A DNA stretch of 64,000 bases from Octopus vulgaris (taxonomy: Eukaryota): positions 72,726,001 to 72,790,000 of the forward strand of contig OX597822.1 of assembly GCA_951406725.2 (NCBI GenBank). The letters run 5' to 3'. Under the pieces are notes generated by a model. It was not told the origin of the DNA and ran no database searches. It saw nothing but the letters and a program-made list of their open reading frames with translations. This document shows positions 1-12,941 of this stretch, piece after piece. The first letter of the stretch is position 1. The number at the start of each line of letters is the position of its first letter. A program made the translations under genes and the position numbers.

Positions 1-68
1 ACGACACAGTCTGTGTCCGATTAGTATTTGTGAGGGAGGTCATCGCTCCCATGTAGCCTTACGGGATG

Positions 69-113
69 CACATAGACCCGGGTTTCTGAGTGGTTACCCA
101 TCTTCAGAGTGTG
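69..113 (-). ncRNA. Minimal type I hammerhead ribozyme motif (core intact, stem I imperfect)
   Basis: Minus strand reads cacact-CTGAAGA-tgggt(aacc)actca-GAAAC-ccgg-GTC-tatgtg: complete core, 5-bp stem II, palindromic stem III acccgggt, GUC cleavage triplet; stem I has 2 mismatches next to the core. Confidence 0.7.
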
Positions 114-394
114 TTAATCACTAGCTATTGATAAAGAACTCGTTCCACTCGCAAAATACATTCTTTTTTCTAGCGACACACTTACGCTGATCTCGTAAAG
201 AGAGAGATAAGTTATATTAAATCACCGAGCGGGAGTTAAACAATAACAGTACGGAATCGTAAAATAAATTTGCCAACTAAATGTGGCGTTCCTATAGAGG
301 ACGGTGTTACTGTTGCATTAGGCAATACCTTTGTATGGTATTTATTCCCATGCTGGCCACTTGATAATATCGATATTATCCTTATTTATAAATT

Positions 395-671
<277 letters not shown>

Positions 672-681
672 ATTAGTGAAG

Positions 682-812
682 AGGCGCAATTGCCCAGTGG
701 TTAGGGCAGCGGACTCGCGGTCGTAGGATCACGGTTTCGATTCCCAGACCAGGTGTTGTGAGTGTTTACTGAGTGAAAACACCTAAAGCTCCACGATCCC
801 CGGTAAGGGGAC
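682..812 (+). mobile_element. tRNA-derived SINE family B, 5' part
   Basis: ggcgcaattgcccagtggttagggcagcggactcgcgg...ggtttcgattcc (Pol III A and B boxes); matches copies at 4199-4583(-), 10889 and 23988. Confidence 0.85.
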
Positions 813-1278
813 CTTCCAGAAATCTTTTGACTAATGACCGTTTATGCAATGGATGCATTTCCATTATAAATTTCGCAAGTCTGGATCATACGTATTAAAC
901 GATTTCAATAGTTTAATATTGGGACGTACATATTTATGTTACAATAATGAAGTTACCCCGAAATAATGAATGCAAGGAAAGTCTACATTGATATATATAT
1001 ATATATTTATATATAACACATTAAGCACAGGACATCACCAACGAGCGAAAAAGCAATCTAATTCCTTCTCAGTGGTCGAATCTTTATTACTCCAAATTCG
1101 AAATGGGGAGTAACAAACAGTCGACAACGGAGGAGGCGTTAGATTTGTATTGGCGTTTTGTCCCGTACTTGTCTCTCGTTATGTGTTTAGTATTTTTTAA
1201 CTCGTTGTTGATGTCCTATCCTTAATGTCTATTTTGTTATTTATATATAATCGAACGAAGCCTTGTCCACAGTAAGGT

Positions 1279-1314
<36 letters not shown>

Positions 1315-2100
1315 TTTATCTTTTAATAAAAGTATTATGCAGCTTAAAATTTCCAACTTCTCTACTTCGGTATCTCACTTTAAGAACCATTTCATCAATT
1401 TGTGATGAACTAATCCAATATTTTCTCTTCGTTATGTTGACTTGTACTTTCCATTTATACATAAATAGGATAACCAGAATTTCTTTTGCATTTACTTTGT
1501 AACTGTAGTCACATACACATAAAGCTATCTCTTTTTCTTATTCCGTTTCTCTGTTAAAGTTGTGAGTGCGAGTTGAAGATATACAGATCACATTACTTCG
1601 CACAATTTACAGCATAGTATAAGACACCTTCTGTTAAATATGAATCAAAGTGCCTTCTGGCAAATATTGACAGGTCAATCAGTAATTAATGATTCAATTA
1701 ATATTTGAGAATAATATTTGGGAAGTACAACCAGTGGCAAATTGATTCTTCCCAAACATACATTACTCTCTGTTTTATATCTTGCTCTAACAAATAACGC
1801 AAAAGAGTGGAAATCCTAAAATTACTCTTCCACCATATTGGACATTACAACTCGTTATAGCGCTACTTCTGACAGTTATGTGACATAAAATTAATTTTGT
1901 TTCTTATGAGCAGGAATATAGTAGAGGGAATATTCAATAATCCGATGGAGTTTCAAATAAATATGCTCCACTACCTATATTAAATATTCTTTCCCTCGTA
2001 TGAACCTAGAGCATGTAACAACGTACGTGTGCATAAGCGTATAATATATGTATGTATGTATTTATGTACGTATGTATCGCTTTCCCTCTTTCTCTCATTA

Positions 2101-2170
<70 letters not shown>

Positions 2171-2172
<2 letters not shown>

Positions 2173-2267
2173 TGGCACCTTGGGCAAGTGTTTTCTACTA
2201 TAGCCTCGGGCCGACCAAAACCTTGTGAGTGGATTTGGTAGCGGGAAACTGAAAGGAACCCGTCGAA

Positions 2268-2314
<47 letters not shown>

Positions 2315-2506
2315 GTATATATTTGTGTGTCTGTGTTTGTCCCCCCAACATCACTTGACAACAGATGCTGGTGTGTTTACGTCCCCGTAACTTAGTTCGG
2401 TAAAAGAGGCCGATAGAATAAGTATTAGTCATGGGGTCGATTTGCTCGACTAAAAAATAAGCGGTGCTCCAGAATGACCGCAATCAAATGACTAAAACAA
2501 GTAAAA
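2171..2506 (+). mobile_element. tRNA-derived SINE family A, 5'-truncated
   Basis: cgtggcaccttgggcaagtg...gtgagtggatttggtag, internal (TA)n(TG)n, tail gcggtgctccag...caaatgactaaaacaagtaaaa; homologous to 6433-6850. Confidence 0.9.
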
Positions 2507-3130
2507 ATTTGTGTGTGTGCATGTGCGTATACGTGTGTATTTATATGTATATGCATATGTATGACTGCATGCGTGTGTGTGTATACATATGCGTATATGT
2601 ATGTACGTGTATATTATGCTCGTATGTGTGTACATAAATCGTGCTCATTGCTGCTGAATTTTTATTTTATCTATATCAAATAGTTAAATGATCAACATGC
2701 ATTCGTACTATCTTAGAGCCAGCCACAGAATCACACGCATAAACACATGCACACATGCACAGTCACACACATGCACACACATTAAATAATAACAGTTGTT
2801 TTCGCAAGGACACGTTTTTTACATGTAACAGAATCCGAACAGAAAAATATTCAATGGGCAATTTCGCTAATATTTTAATAAATTGAAATTTACTCACCTC
2901 ATAACCGTGATGACCATAAAAACTCAATCAAATATCCACTGCCCCTGTTTTCGTAAACAATTCGTATCCTGTACTAATCATATACAGTGTTAGGATTTGC
3001 GAACAATTTTAGATTTGTGTGGCTAAGAAATTCATTAGTTGTTTGTAAAGTCAAACATGCTAAATATGTTATAAATAATATTTTGTTACATAATAAGTCT
3101 TCGACACTTAAGCGCTTATGTAAAGGAAAC

Positions 3131-3183
<53 letters not shown>

Positions 3184-3264
3184 TATTTATTTCATACACA
3201 CACACTCATATATATATATATATATATATATGTGAGTGTGTGTGTATGAAATAAATATATATGT

Positions 3265-3317
<53 letters not shown>

Positions 3318-3825
3318 TTTATACACTTGTTTAATTTTCGTTTAAATTAAATTTTTATATTAAATTTTTCACATAGTGTGTGACTTCAATTTCAAGCTGC
3401 TTTATTGACGGAAAAGAAAAGCTAGAATTTGTTAACAAATATTGTTTTTTTTATTTGAACATTTGCAATTACTAACAAAATTCAGTTAATAAATTTCAAT
3501 AAATTCTATCTTTATTTGCCATTAAAATATTCAAAGTTTGGAGCAATATAAAAACAAATATGTTTTTACAAATCAAAAGGACATGTACAAACAATGATTT
3601 TATAGTCGGCAGTTACGATAGTTTTCATGCAAATAGTAATAATTATTAATTAAATAAAGAAGTAGATTACATATACACACATATACACACACACACATTG
3701 CTATGTGAACAGAATACCTTTGTGTGCATCTATGGTAGAACGATAAAATTATATATTTAAAAACATTCTTTCTGATGGCCAAATGTATTAACACCCATCC
3801 ACCAAAACGTTTACACGAACATCGG

Positions 3826-3838
3826 CAATAATAACAGC

Positions 3839-3912
<74 letters not shown>
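3826..3912. repeat. (CAA)n(TAA)n microsatellite
   Basis: Direct inspection; abuts the 5' end of the Dong/R4 element. Confidence 0.95.
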
Positions 3913-3918
<6 letters not shown>

Positions 3919-4198
3919 AATCCCGTGGTCATGAAGAGTTGCTACCTGAGCGACCCGGTAGACGAAAATGGCGTTCATCTTAGGGGGTACTGACATCGTA
4001 TGTATGGTGAATGGAGAAAAAAAGGGGATTGTTTCAACTCACGGGAGAGAGATTATATGATCAAGCTAGATAAATAAGAAAAAATCGCTGGTTCATAGAA
4101 GTAGAGCTCGAAGCTATCCAGAGGCGGATATTGGAAAAGAGCAGCAGATGAAACGATGAAAATACAGCTCCTACTGATAAAAGTAATCTCATAACAGT

Positions 4199-4583
4199 GG
4201 ATGGATGGAAGCACTCCGTCGGTTACGACGACGAGGGTTCCGGTTGATCCGATCAACGGAACAGCCTGCTCGTGAAATTAACGTGTAAGTGGCTGAGCAC
4301 TCCACAGACACGTGTACCCTTAACGTAGTTCTCGGGGATATTCAGCGTGACACAGAGAGTGACAAGACCGGCCCTTTGAAATACAGGTACAACAGAAACA
4401 GGAAGTAAGAGTGAGAGAAAGTTGTGGTGAAAGAGTACAGCAGGGATCACCACCATCCATGCCGGAGCCTCGTGGAGCTTTAGGTGTTTTCGCTCAATAA
4501 ACACTCACAACGCCCGGTCTGGGAATCGAAACCGCGATCCTATGACCGCGAGTCCACTGCCCTAACCACTCATTGCGCCTCCA
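4199..4583 (-). mobile_element. tRNA-derived SINE family B, full length, with 11-bp TSD
   Basis: Head ggaggcgcaatg at 4583 on the minus strand, short (TCCA)n tail; TSD ctcataacagt at 4188-4198 and 4584-4594; inserted in the Dong element. Confidence 0.92.
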
Positions 4584-6432
4584 CTCATAACAGTAAACAG
4601 AGGTGACATCTCTAATAAGCCACAGGAAAGGAACAATGATAGCTTGCTCGATGAGAGATATAAAAATGGTTTGGAAGAAGACAATAAAACTAATGGTGAC
4701 ATGACAGATGGACAAAAGCCAATCTTCGACAGAATAAAGGCAAGGCTACAAGAGAACGAGAGCGACATAACTTGCAACCTTAAAAAGGATGATCGTTGGA
4801 AATTGAACCAAGAAACGAAAAATGTGAATGACATTCTGAAATTCATCAGAACAAAAACACATCGCCGAAACAAATAATTTGATCAAGGCAGCAAGTATTA
4901 TTGTAGCAGAAAATGTGAGTGTTGATGTCAAGAAAAAGAAATATAATGGGAATGGCAAAAGAAAAGATGCATAGAAGAAAAGAAGAATACAGGCGGAGTT
5001 AGATATCCCCTCGAAGGACATTTCTGTGTTAGACCGAAAAGAAAAGGGGGAGCTTAAAAGCGAACAAAAATACAGGGCACTGAACAGGAAGTATAATATT
5101 GAAAGAAAGGGCCTGAAAGTTGTAATGGAGGAACTGAAACAGGTTACCAGCAGAATAGGTTATTTAGAGTAGATCAGAAGAGTTTCCACAAAGAAATGAA
5201 TGAAGCGAGTTCAGATGAAAAGTTGATACCAGATAACATTGAGAATCAAAGGTTATGGAGTGACATCTGGAGCAAAGACAAGGAGTACATGAAGGATGCT
5301 GAATAGATACAAGAACTGAAACAAGGAGTAATATATCCAAGACAGGTAGAACTAGACATTTCAGTTAGGAAAGTAAAGGGAATCAGCAAAAAATATGGGC
5401 AACTGGAAGGCCTCTGGACCAGATGGAGTTCACGGCTACTGGATGAAAAGATTTGGTGAATGTCATGCACGAACAGCTTGCACAACTCAGCACCTTGTTA
5501 AATGCCAAACAATTAAAAACCAGTGTGGTTGACAATAGGTAGGACATTGCTGTGCTAGAAGAACGTTGAAAAAGGCATTACGGCAGAAAATTACAGGCCG
5601 TTATCCAGCTTGCCATTTATGTGGAAATTATTGACTGGAATAGTCGCAGAGTCAATGTACGGACATCTGGAAATTAATGGAGTCCTGCCACATGAGCAAA
5701 AGAGTATGTATTGAAAAGCCGCCAACAATATGTCAACCTCTTATTATTCATGGATGACCTCAAACTTTATGGTAAAGATGAATCCCAAGTCAGTTCCCTC
5801 GTTGATACGGTGTATACATTCAGTGCTGATATCAGAATGGAGATCGGACTGAAAAAGTGTGGTATATTAAAGAGAGGCAAAATCAAATGTATGCTCGGGC
5901 TAGCGATACCGTCGGGGGAGGTAATGAAACAGATAGAGGAGATGGGCTATAGGTACTTGGCGATATTGGAAATGGAGAATTAATGGAGTAAGAAATGACA
6001 GAAAAATTTAAGGTGGAGTATTTGCGTAGACTGAGACGGATTCTTAAGTCGAAATTAAACGGACGGAATGAGATTTGAAGCTATCAACACCTGGTCGATT
6101 TCACTCCTTAGATATGGAGCAGAGGCAATCGCATGGACAGTAGATGGACTAAACAACTTAGAGAGAAAGATGAGAAAGTTGCTGACTAGATATGGTATAC
6201 TCTACACAAAAAGTGAAATAGAAAGAAAGGGGAAAGAGGACGGATTGGATGCGAACACACCATTAAAGCAAAAGAAAACATAGCATAGCATGCAAAATAT
6301 CACAGAACCACTATTACTGGAAGCTTGTGTAGGATGGAAGATTAAAGATTATGTAGGATGGAAGATAAAGCACTGTACAAGCACTTGAGAATGAATGAAG
6401 CAGAAAGTAGGTGGATAAAAAAAGAATGTATA

Positions 6433-6850
6433 GGCACAGGAGTGGCTGTGTGGTAAGTAGCTTGCTAACCAACCACATGGTTCCGGGTTCAGTCCCACTG
6501 CGTGGCATCTTGGGCAAGTGTCTTCTGCTATAGCCCCGGGCCGACCAATGCCTTGTGAGTGGATTTGGTAGACGGAAACTGAAAAGAAGCCCGTCGTATA
6601 TATGTATATATATATATATGTATGTGTGTGTTTGTGTGTCTGTGTTTGTCCCCCTAGCATTGCTTGACAACCGATGCTGGTGTGTTTACATCCCCGTCAC
6701 TTAGCGGTTCGGCAAAAGAGACCGATAGAATAAGTACTGGGCTTACAAAGAATAAGTCCCGGGGTCGATTTGCTCGACTAAAATGTGGTGCTCCAGCATG
6801 GCCGCAGTCAAATGACTGAAACAAGTAAAAGAGAGAAAAGAGTAAAGAGA
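6433..6850 (+). mobile_element. tRNA-derived SINE family A, full length
   Basis: A box tggctgtgtgg, B box ggttcagtccc, internal (TA)(TG) tract, LINE-like tail; splits the Dong reading frame KRMY|GEFHRD. Confidence 0.93.
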
Positions 6851-7315
6851 GTATGGAGAATTTCATAGAGATGTTGAAGATAAGAAAAAGAAAGAGAAAA
6901 AAGATGGTTATGGATGACTTAAAGCCATTTAAAACTGGAAGCAGGGGCTCTAATCTGTGCTGTCCAAGAGCAAGGACTAAGAACGAATTACATCGAATAC
7001 AGAATAAACACATTAGAAAGTGATAAGTGCAGAATTTAGGGTTCAAAATGATGAAATCGTATGGCATATTACCAGTCAATGACCGCCACTAGCCCAGAAA
7101 CAATATAAGTGACGTCATGACAATATAGAAAGGATTATCCATTGGACACTTTGCAACAAGTATAGAATTGACAGAGCAAAAAATTGATACGAACATACAC
7201 CAAGGGGACGATCTTGTAGCTTTTGGTGGATTACTTCAACGTCCGCTGATATATGTATATATATTTTTTTCTCTCTAGTTTCAGCTCAGAGCTGCGGACA
7301 TGCTGATGCACCGCC

Positions 7316-7379
<64 letters not shown>

Positions 7380-7585
7380 GCACATATACATGCATACATA
7401 TGTGCCTGTGTCAGTATTTGAGTAAACGAAAAGGAGAGGAGAGAAATGCAATATTAAAATAATTATAATAATAATACTAACAACAGTAATGATAATAAAT
7501 ATGTATGTATGCATTTATGTATGTGTGTAAATAAATATGTATGTATGTATATATGTATGTGTGTGTATATATTTATCTATCTGTG

Positions 7586-7616
<31 letters not shown>

Positions 7617-7701
7617 ATATATGAAATACAGAGTGAAGTGGAGGAATGAATCTGTAATTCATATCTTCTCTATAATAACTATTACTTAAACATCTCGCAC
7701 C

Positions 7702-7749
7702 GTCTCTGATGAAGGGATGTATAAAATATACCGGAAACAGCTGAAAGAC
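7702..7749 (+). ncRNA. Degenerate type I hammerhead ribozyme
   Basis: gtct-CTGATGA-agggatgt...atataccg-GAAAC-agct-GAA-agac: stem I gtct/agac; stem III would be palindromic acagctgt, but U16.1 is A here. Homologous to 48315-48366(-). Lies in a ~320-bp segment between (TA)n tracts. Confidence 0.65.
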
Positions 7750-7937
7750 CTTCTCTTTATAAATGTTCTGAATGCTATTCACAACCTTGGTTTTCTTATC
7801 TCATTCTGTTAATTTTTTATATGTATGCATGCTAATACACGACCTACGTTGGGCTCCTCATTATCGAACCTAGAGCTTAACTATAATCTGTCCATAGCAC
7901 TTACTCAGCATTACCTGACACCAATACCTTTCATACT

Positions 7938-7982
<45 letters not shown>

Positions 7983-7984
<2 letters not shown>

Positions 7985-8194
7985 TTAATCCCTCAACCAT
8001 CGCGGGCGTTACGTTCCAAAACCCCCCATGATATGTGAAAATCCGAGAAGTAGAAAGAGTACTGCATATTCTTTAGTATTTTTATAATTCGAATATATTT
8101 ATTTTGTTATAAATGCAAAACAACACCACGGAGGAATCGATGTAAGCTTAAGTAATAAACCGCGATAGGCGAACCGCAATATGGCGATGGTCTA

Positions 8195-8197
<3 letters not shown>
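7983..8197. mobile_element. pogo/Tigger-type MITE (Tc1/mariner superfamily)
   Basis: Imperfect TIRs (gttaatccctcaaccatcgcg ... cgcaatatggcgatggtctactg) flanked by TA; second copy at 32470-32666. Confidence 0.75.
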
Positions 8198-8229
<32 letters not shown>

Positions 8230-8296
8230 AGTCTTACACTCTCTCTCTCACTTTACACACCCGTCTTAGTCTTTTCTGTTGTTTTGTAAATTCTCA

Positions 8297-8335
<39 letters not shown>

Positions 8336-9069
8336 CGCACACGATTTTTAAAAGAAATACATATAAAATACATATCTAATCTCGCTGTGAAGATAAAGTT
8401 AAAAGATAAACAACACTTTCTACATCACATTAATATTAGGGTCTTGTTGTCTTCTATAATACCCCATCCAAATATGCATTTTAATAATTTCATAGCCTTT
8501 TCCTCGTATATGCAATAACTGTACTCAATCTTCTATCCTTAATACCGAATTGTTTTTCTGTAGCAGTAGTAGTCGATCGAGTTTATGTTTAACCCTTAAA
8601 CTAGTCAGTTATATGTCTGTACAGACACAAAAATCATAACGCAGTCAAGGTGTTCCGTCGGATTGAAATACTTGGGACGATAAAGATCTACACGGAAATG
8701 TTCTTATATTGCAATCGATAATTTTGTCAGAGTATGTTAGTACTTTTGATACGTAATCTTAGCTAAAAATACATTCTATTATGAGACTGAATATGATTTC
8801 AATGCATAAATATATTGCTGGTAATTTTATTTCTTTTTGGTAAGAATGGCAACAAAAATTCTGTAATCAAAAAGAAATTCTAAAACGGAAGGTCGGTATT
8901 ATTGATCGTTAAAATTATCAGAACAACGCCAAGCACAATTAAAACAGTTATATCTGTTAGCTTGGTTGAAATATTAAAATGTGGACTTAAAAAATAATTC
9001 TGACTGTATATTTATCAAAAACAGTTGCTGTTTTTCAGACCCAATTCTGTCATTTTCAACCAAACGTAT

Positions 9070-9075
<6 letters not shown>

Positions 9076-9159
<84 letters not shown>
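9076..9159. repeat. (TC)n microsatellite
   Basis: Direct inspection. Confidence 0.97.
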
Positions 9160-9164
<5 letters not shown>

Positions 9165-9278
9165 CCCCTCTCTTTTTCTCTCAGTCTATCTACCTCCCTG
9201 TTTCACATTCTGCGCATATATATATATATGTATGTATGCACGTAATATGTCTATTTATATGTACATATATCTATGCAT

Positions 9279-9341
<63 letters not shown>

Positions 9342-10452
9342 CACATATACATATACATAACATATATGTATATAAGATATATGTTTACATGCATATATAC
9401 ACATATGTATGTGTGCATATATTCATGTATATGCGCATAAATTATTGCGTATCGAATTCTTACACGATATCTTTAAAAGCAACCGACATCTAACAATTGA
9501 ATTTTAATACTGTAATTTTGCGATTAACGTTTAGAGACACTCTTGCACTTATCTCTTTTCATTAGAACAAACGATATTTATAATTTAATACTTTGGGCGC
9601 GATTGCCGGTCCGACAGTTTATGACGCTTACATACTTGTTATATCTGGTGTAGCCAATCTTGTGTTAGCTTTATTCCATTTAGTAGAACTTTCATCTGTT
9701 GCATCTTAGAATATGTTGTCGTTTATAGCAAAGTGATTATAGCTATTGGCAAAGGCCTCATTTTCCGTTCCCTATGCTATTGTCATTTTAATAGTTTCAG
9801 CTGACTTATCACAAAATCTTTGATTCGTATTCTATTACTATAGCTAACTCCATCAACTTTGCTATGATTATGTAAGTTCCTTTAGTGCTAGCAGAATCTA
9901 GACATCAGCAGTTCTATTGTTATTCTATTGTTATCATCTATAGTTACCACATTCATGATCATCTGCACGATTAACACATAATTACCACGTTTCCACTCCA
10001 TCTCTGGGGACCTGTCAAAGAACCAAGAAGGGCTATCCAAACCCGGCGTTTGATCTGCAAGAAATAGAAGCCATATCTTCTTCAAATGGTACGAAGGAAA
10101 AAAGATATTAGATCATTTGATTTTTATAAACACTGTAACTGAGAATAGGAGGGATGTCCATAGATGGAATTTTTTTGATCATATCTCTGTCGAAAGTCGA
10201 CAAAATTGCTTAAGAATGGCATCAAACCAATAACAAGCTATCAAGTGTGACTTTGGCAGAATAGAACCGAAAGCCGTGCACGAAGTAAGTGAAGGCGCGA
10301 ATCTTTGTGGTGGGGGAGTTGCACTCACAATCTTAATACTGTGACCTCGATTCCCAGGCCATGCGGGGCGTGGTCTTCTTGAGAAAAATACTTCATTCTA
10401 AGTTACTCCAGTTCACTCAACCGTAAATGAATAACTATTCAAGGGACTGGTG

Positions 10453-10490
<38 letters not shown>

Positions 10491-10888
10491 TCAGTATCAC
10501 CACTATCATCATAATAACCTACAGCAGCAGCTTCCATATTATCACTTTCTGTGTCGTAGTAGTGTTCGTCATCCTTATTGTCATAATCATCGCAACTGTT
10601 ACCATCGTCCCTTTCAGCAGCATCACTATCGTCCCTACAATTTCCACTTCCACCACCGCCACCGCCTCCACCATCGTGTTCAATATTCTTATGACGGGGC
10701 TAATGAGCCAGCCTGTAAACGCTCACTTGGTCACTTACAAACATCAATATTTCGTTCATATTTCTCACGTTAGTCAATACAAAATTAAAAGGATTAGTTC
10801 TGGGTATATGGAAGTCAATGTGATAGTCACAGTTAGAACGATTTTGAACATTGTTCAGTTTGGATCTGGAGGAAGACAACAACATACG

Positions 10889-11082
10889 TGGAGGCGCAAT
10901 GGGCCAGTGGTTAGAGCAGCGGACTCGCGGTTGTAAGAACGCGGTTTCGATTCCAAGACCCGGCATTGTGAGTGTTTATTGAGCAAAAACACCTAAGATC
11001 CACGAGGCTCCGGCGGGGGAGGGTGGTGAATCCCGCTGTACTCTTTCACCACAACTTTCTCTCACTCTTTCTTCCTTCTTCT
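10889..11082 (+). mobile_element. SINE family B, head and body
   Basis: ggaggcgcaatgggccagtggttagagcagcggactcgcgg...ctctttcaccacaactttctctcactc. Confidence 0.88.
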
Positions 11083-11479
11083 GTCACTAAGCTGAGGAAC
11101 CATGGTGTAATCCACTATGGTGTGGTAAACTTTCAGACCCTAGTCTAGATTGCAAATCCTTTGTACCCCAGGATGGTTCAGCTCTCCACCGGTTAAAAGC
11201 CATCATTTACGGAATGCAGATAACAACGTAGCGTTCACGCCCGCGCAACCACCAGTCTACCGCATGTGGTGGGTGGATCTTCAAGTTGGCACACGCATTC
11301 TTAGTAGCTTAGAGTAGGCTCGAATTAAAGAGTATCTTTTGTGGCTAATGGCGTGAGTCCTGATTGGAAGAAGAAGACATCAACATACCACAAACAACAC
11401 ATCTTCAGCAACATCCCTGGCATTGATAGTAAATACACCGGCATAAGTGCGTTACATACAAATACTAACTTTTCTTTCT

Positions 11480-11675
11480 AGTGTTGGCGCATCGCTCAGA
11501 ATTTTGAGACAGTGAGTTAATCAATTAACCGGGCCCTAGTGCGGAACTGGTATTCATTACATCGATACTGAAAGGGATGAATGGTAAAGTCGACCACGGT
11601 GAAATTTGAACTCAGAATGTAAAGAAAGATAGAATATGCCGCTAAGCCATTTGTCAGGTGCGCTAACGATTCTGA
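11480..11675 (-). mobile_element. SINE family C (Meta-domain-like), degenerate
   Basis: ctggtattcattacatcgatactgaaagggatgaatggtaaagtcgacc...tttgaactcagaatgtaaag; homologous to 33815-34389. Confidence 0.75.
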
Positions 11676-11790
11676 TACGAAATTATTATAACAACGTAAA
11701 CACAATTTGAAAAAAAAAGCAGGAAAAATAATGTGAAGAATTAATAACTATAGAAACAACAACTTCCTCAACCCCCAAAACAGCAGCAAC

Positions 11791-11848
<58 letters not shown>

Positions 11849-11869
11849 ACATCATTAAGACTAGCAACA

Positions 11870-12044
11870 GGCGTAGGTGTGGCGGTGTGGTAAGTAGTTT
11901 GCTTACCAACCACGTGGTTCCGGGTTCAGTCCCACTGCGTGGCACCTTGGGCTAGTGTCTTCTACTATAGCCTCGGGCCGACCATAGCCTTGCGAGTGGA
12001 TTTAGTAGACGGAAACTGGAAGAAGCCCGTCGTATATATGTATG

Positions 12045-12076
<32 letters not shown>

Positions 12077-12295
12077 CGTGTGTGTATGTATGTGTGTATG
12101 TGTTTGCTCCCCCAACATCGCTTGACAAACGATGCTGGTGTGTTTGCGTCTCCGTAACAATGCGGTTCGGCAAAAGAGACTGATAGAATAAATACTAGGT
12201 TTACAAAGAATAAGTCCTGGGGGGTGATTTGCTCGACTAAAGGAGGTGCTCCAGCATGGCCTCAGTCAAGTGACTGAAGCAAGTGGAAGAGTAAA
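11870..12295 (+). mobile_element. SINE family A, full length
   Basis: Collinear with 6433-6850; preceded by (AGT)n. Confidence 0.92.
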
Positions 12296-12897
12296 TAGTT
12301 AAAACAACAGAAGGAATAGCTAATACAACAAAGTAATGCCATCTGCCGCTGTATGATGAAGAATAAACAGCAAATTCAAAGAACAACAATAATAATAACA
12401 GAAGCAATGATAAAGACGGCGGTGATGAGAATAAGGAAAAATATGTAAAGAAACGTGATCAAAAATGAAGGCAGAAGTCGATATGAAAGCATATCCAAAG
12501 TAGTGCAATGATCAAATGAATTTATCATGGTAAGACGGACATTACTTGTCAGCAACAAGGAACAGCTGCTTAGTAGCTTATATTACATAGCTGGTCGAGA
12601 CTAGTTCAATGTGTGCCAGATGGTAAGACCTTAGCGTAGTTAGATAGGACGTTTACCAGAGAGAGAGAGAGAGGAAGGGAGGGAAGACAGAGAGGAAAGA
12701 GAGTCATTATGAAAGAGACCTAGAGGATTATTGAGCTTGTGTGATGCAGGGTGATGAAATCAGCTACGTACTTCTGTAGATTGAATGAATCTACAAGAGA
12801 ATTAAGGAAGTAGATATACAAACAGAAACCGACCAGGCATCACCCACACCACATACGCACACGTGCATACATACACAAAAATACACACACGCGCATA

Positions 12898-12941
<44 letters not shown>

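Larger units (their letters stand above)
3913..7200 (+). mobile_element. Decayed Dong/R4-clade non-LTR retrotransposon (RT + CCHC knuckle), interrupted by two SINEs
   Basis: Manual translation across frameshifts: N-terminal VMKSCYLSDP..RGY..RMY..W and RLYDQAR.IRKNRW..VELE; [16 protein letters not shown] (5583-5635); LLFMDDLKLY, IGLKKC, GYRYLAILE (ORF 5711-5983); AINTWSISLLRYG (6068-6283); after the SINE, ALICAVQEQGLRT, KCRI..E.VWHITS and RHD. Many stops, and a deletion between HEQK and the MDD motif. Confidence 0.85.

Noticed and set aside
682-760. tRNA gene-like sequences (also 6433, 10889, 23988 and others)
   Set aside because: A/B boxes are present but they continue into multi-copy SINE bodies; no complete cloverleaf. 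These are SINE heads, not tRNA genes.
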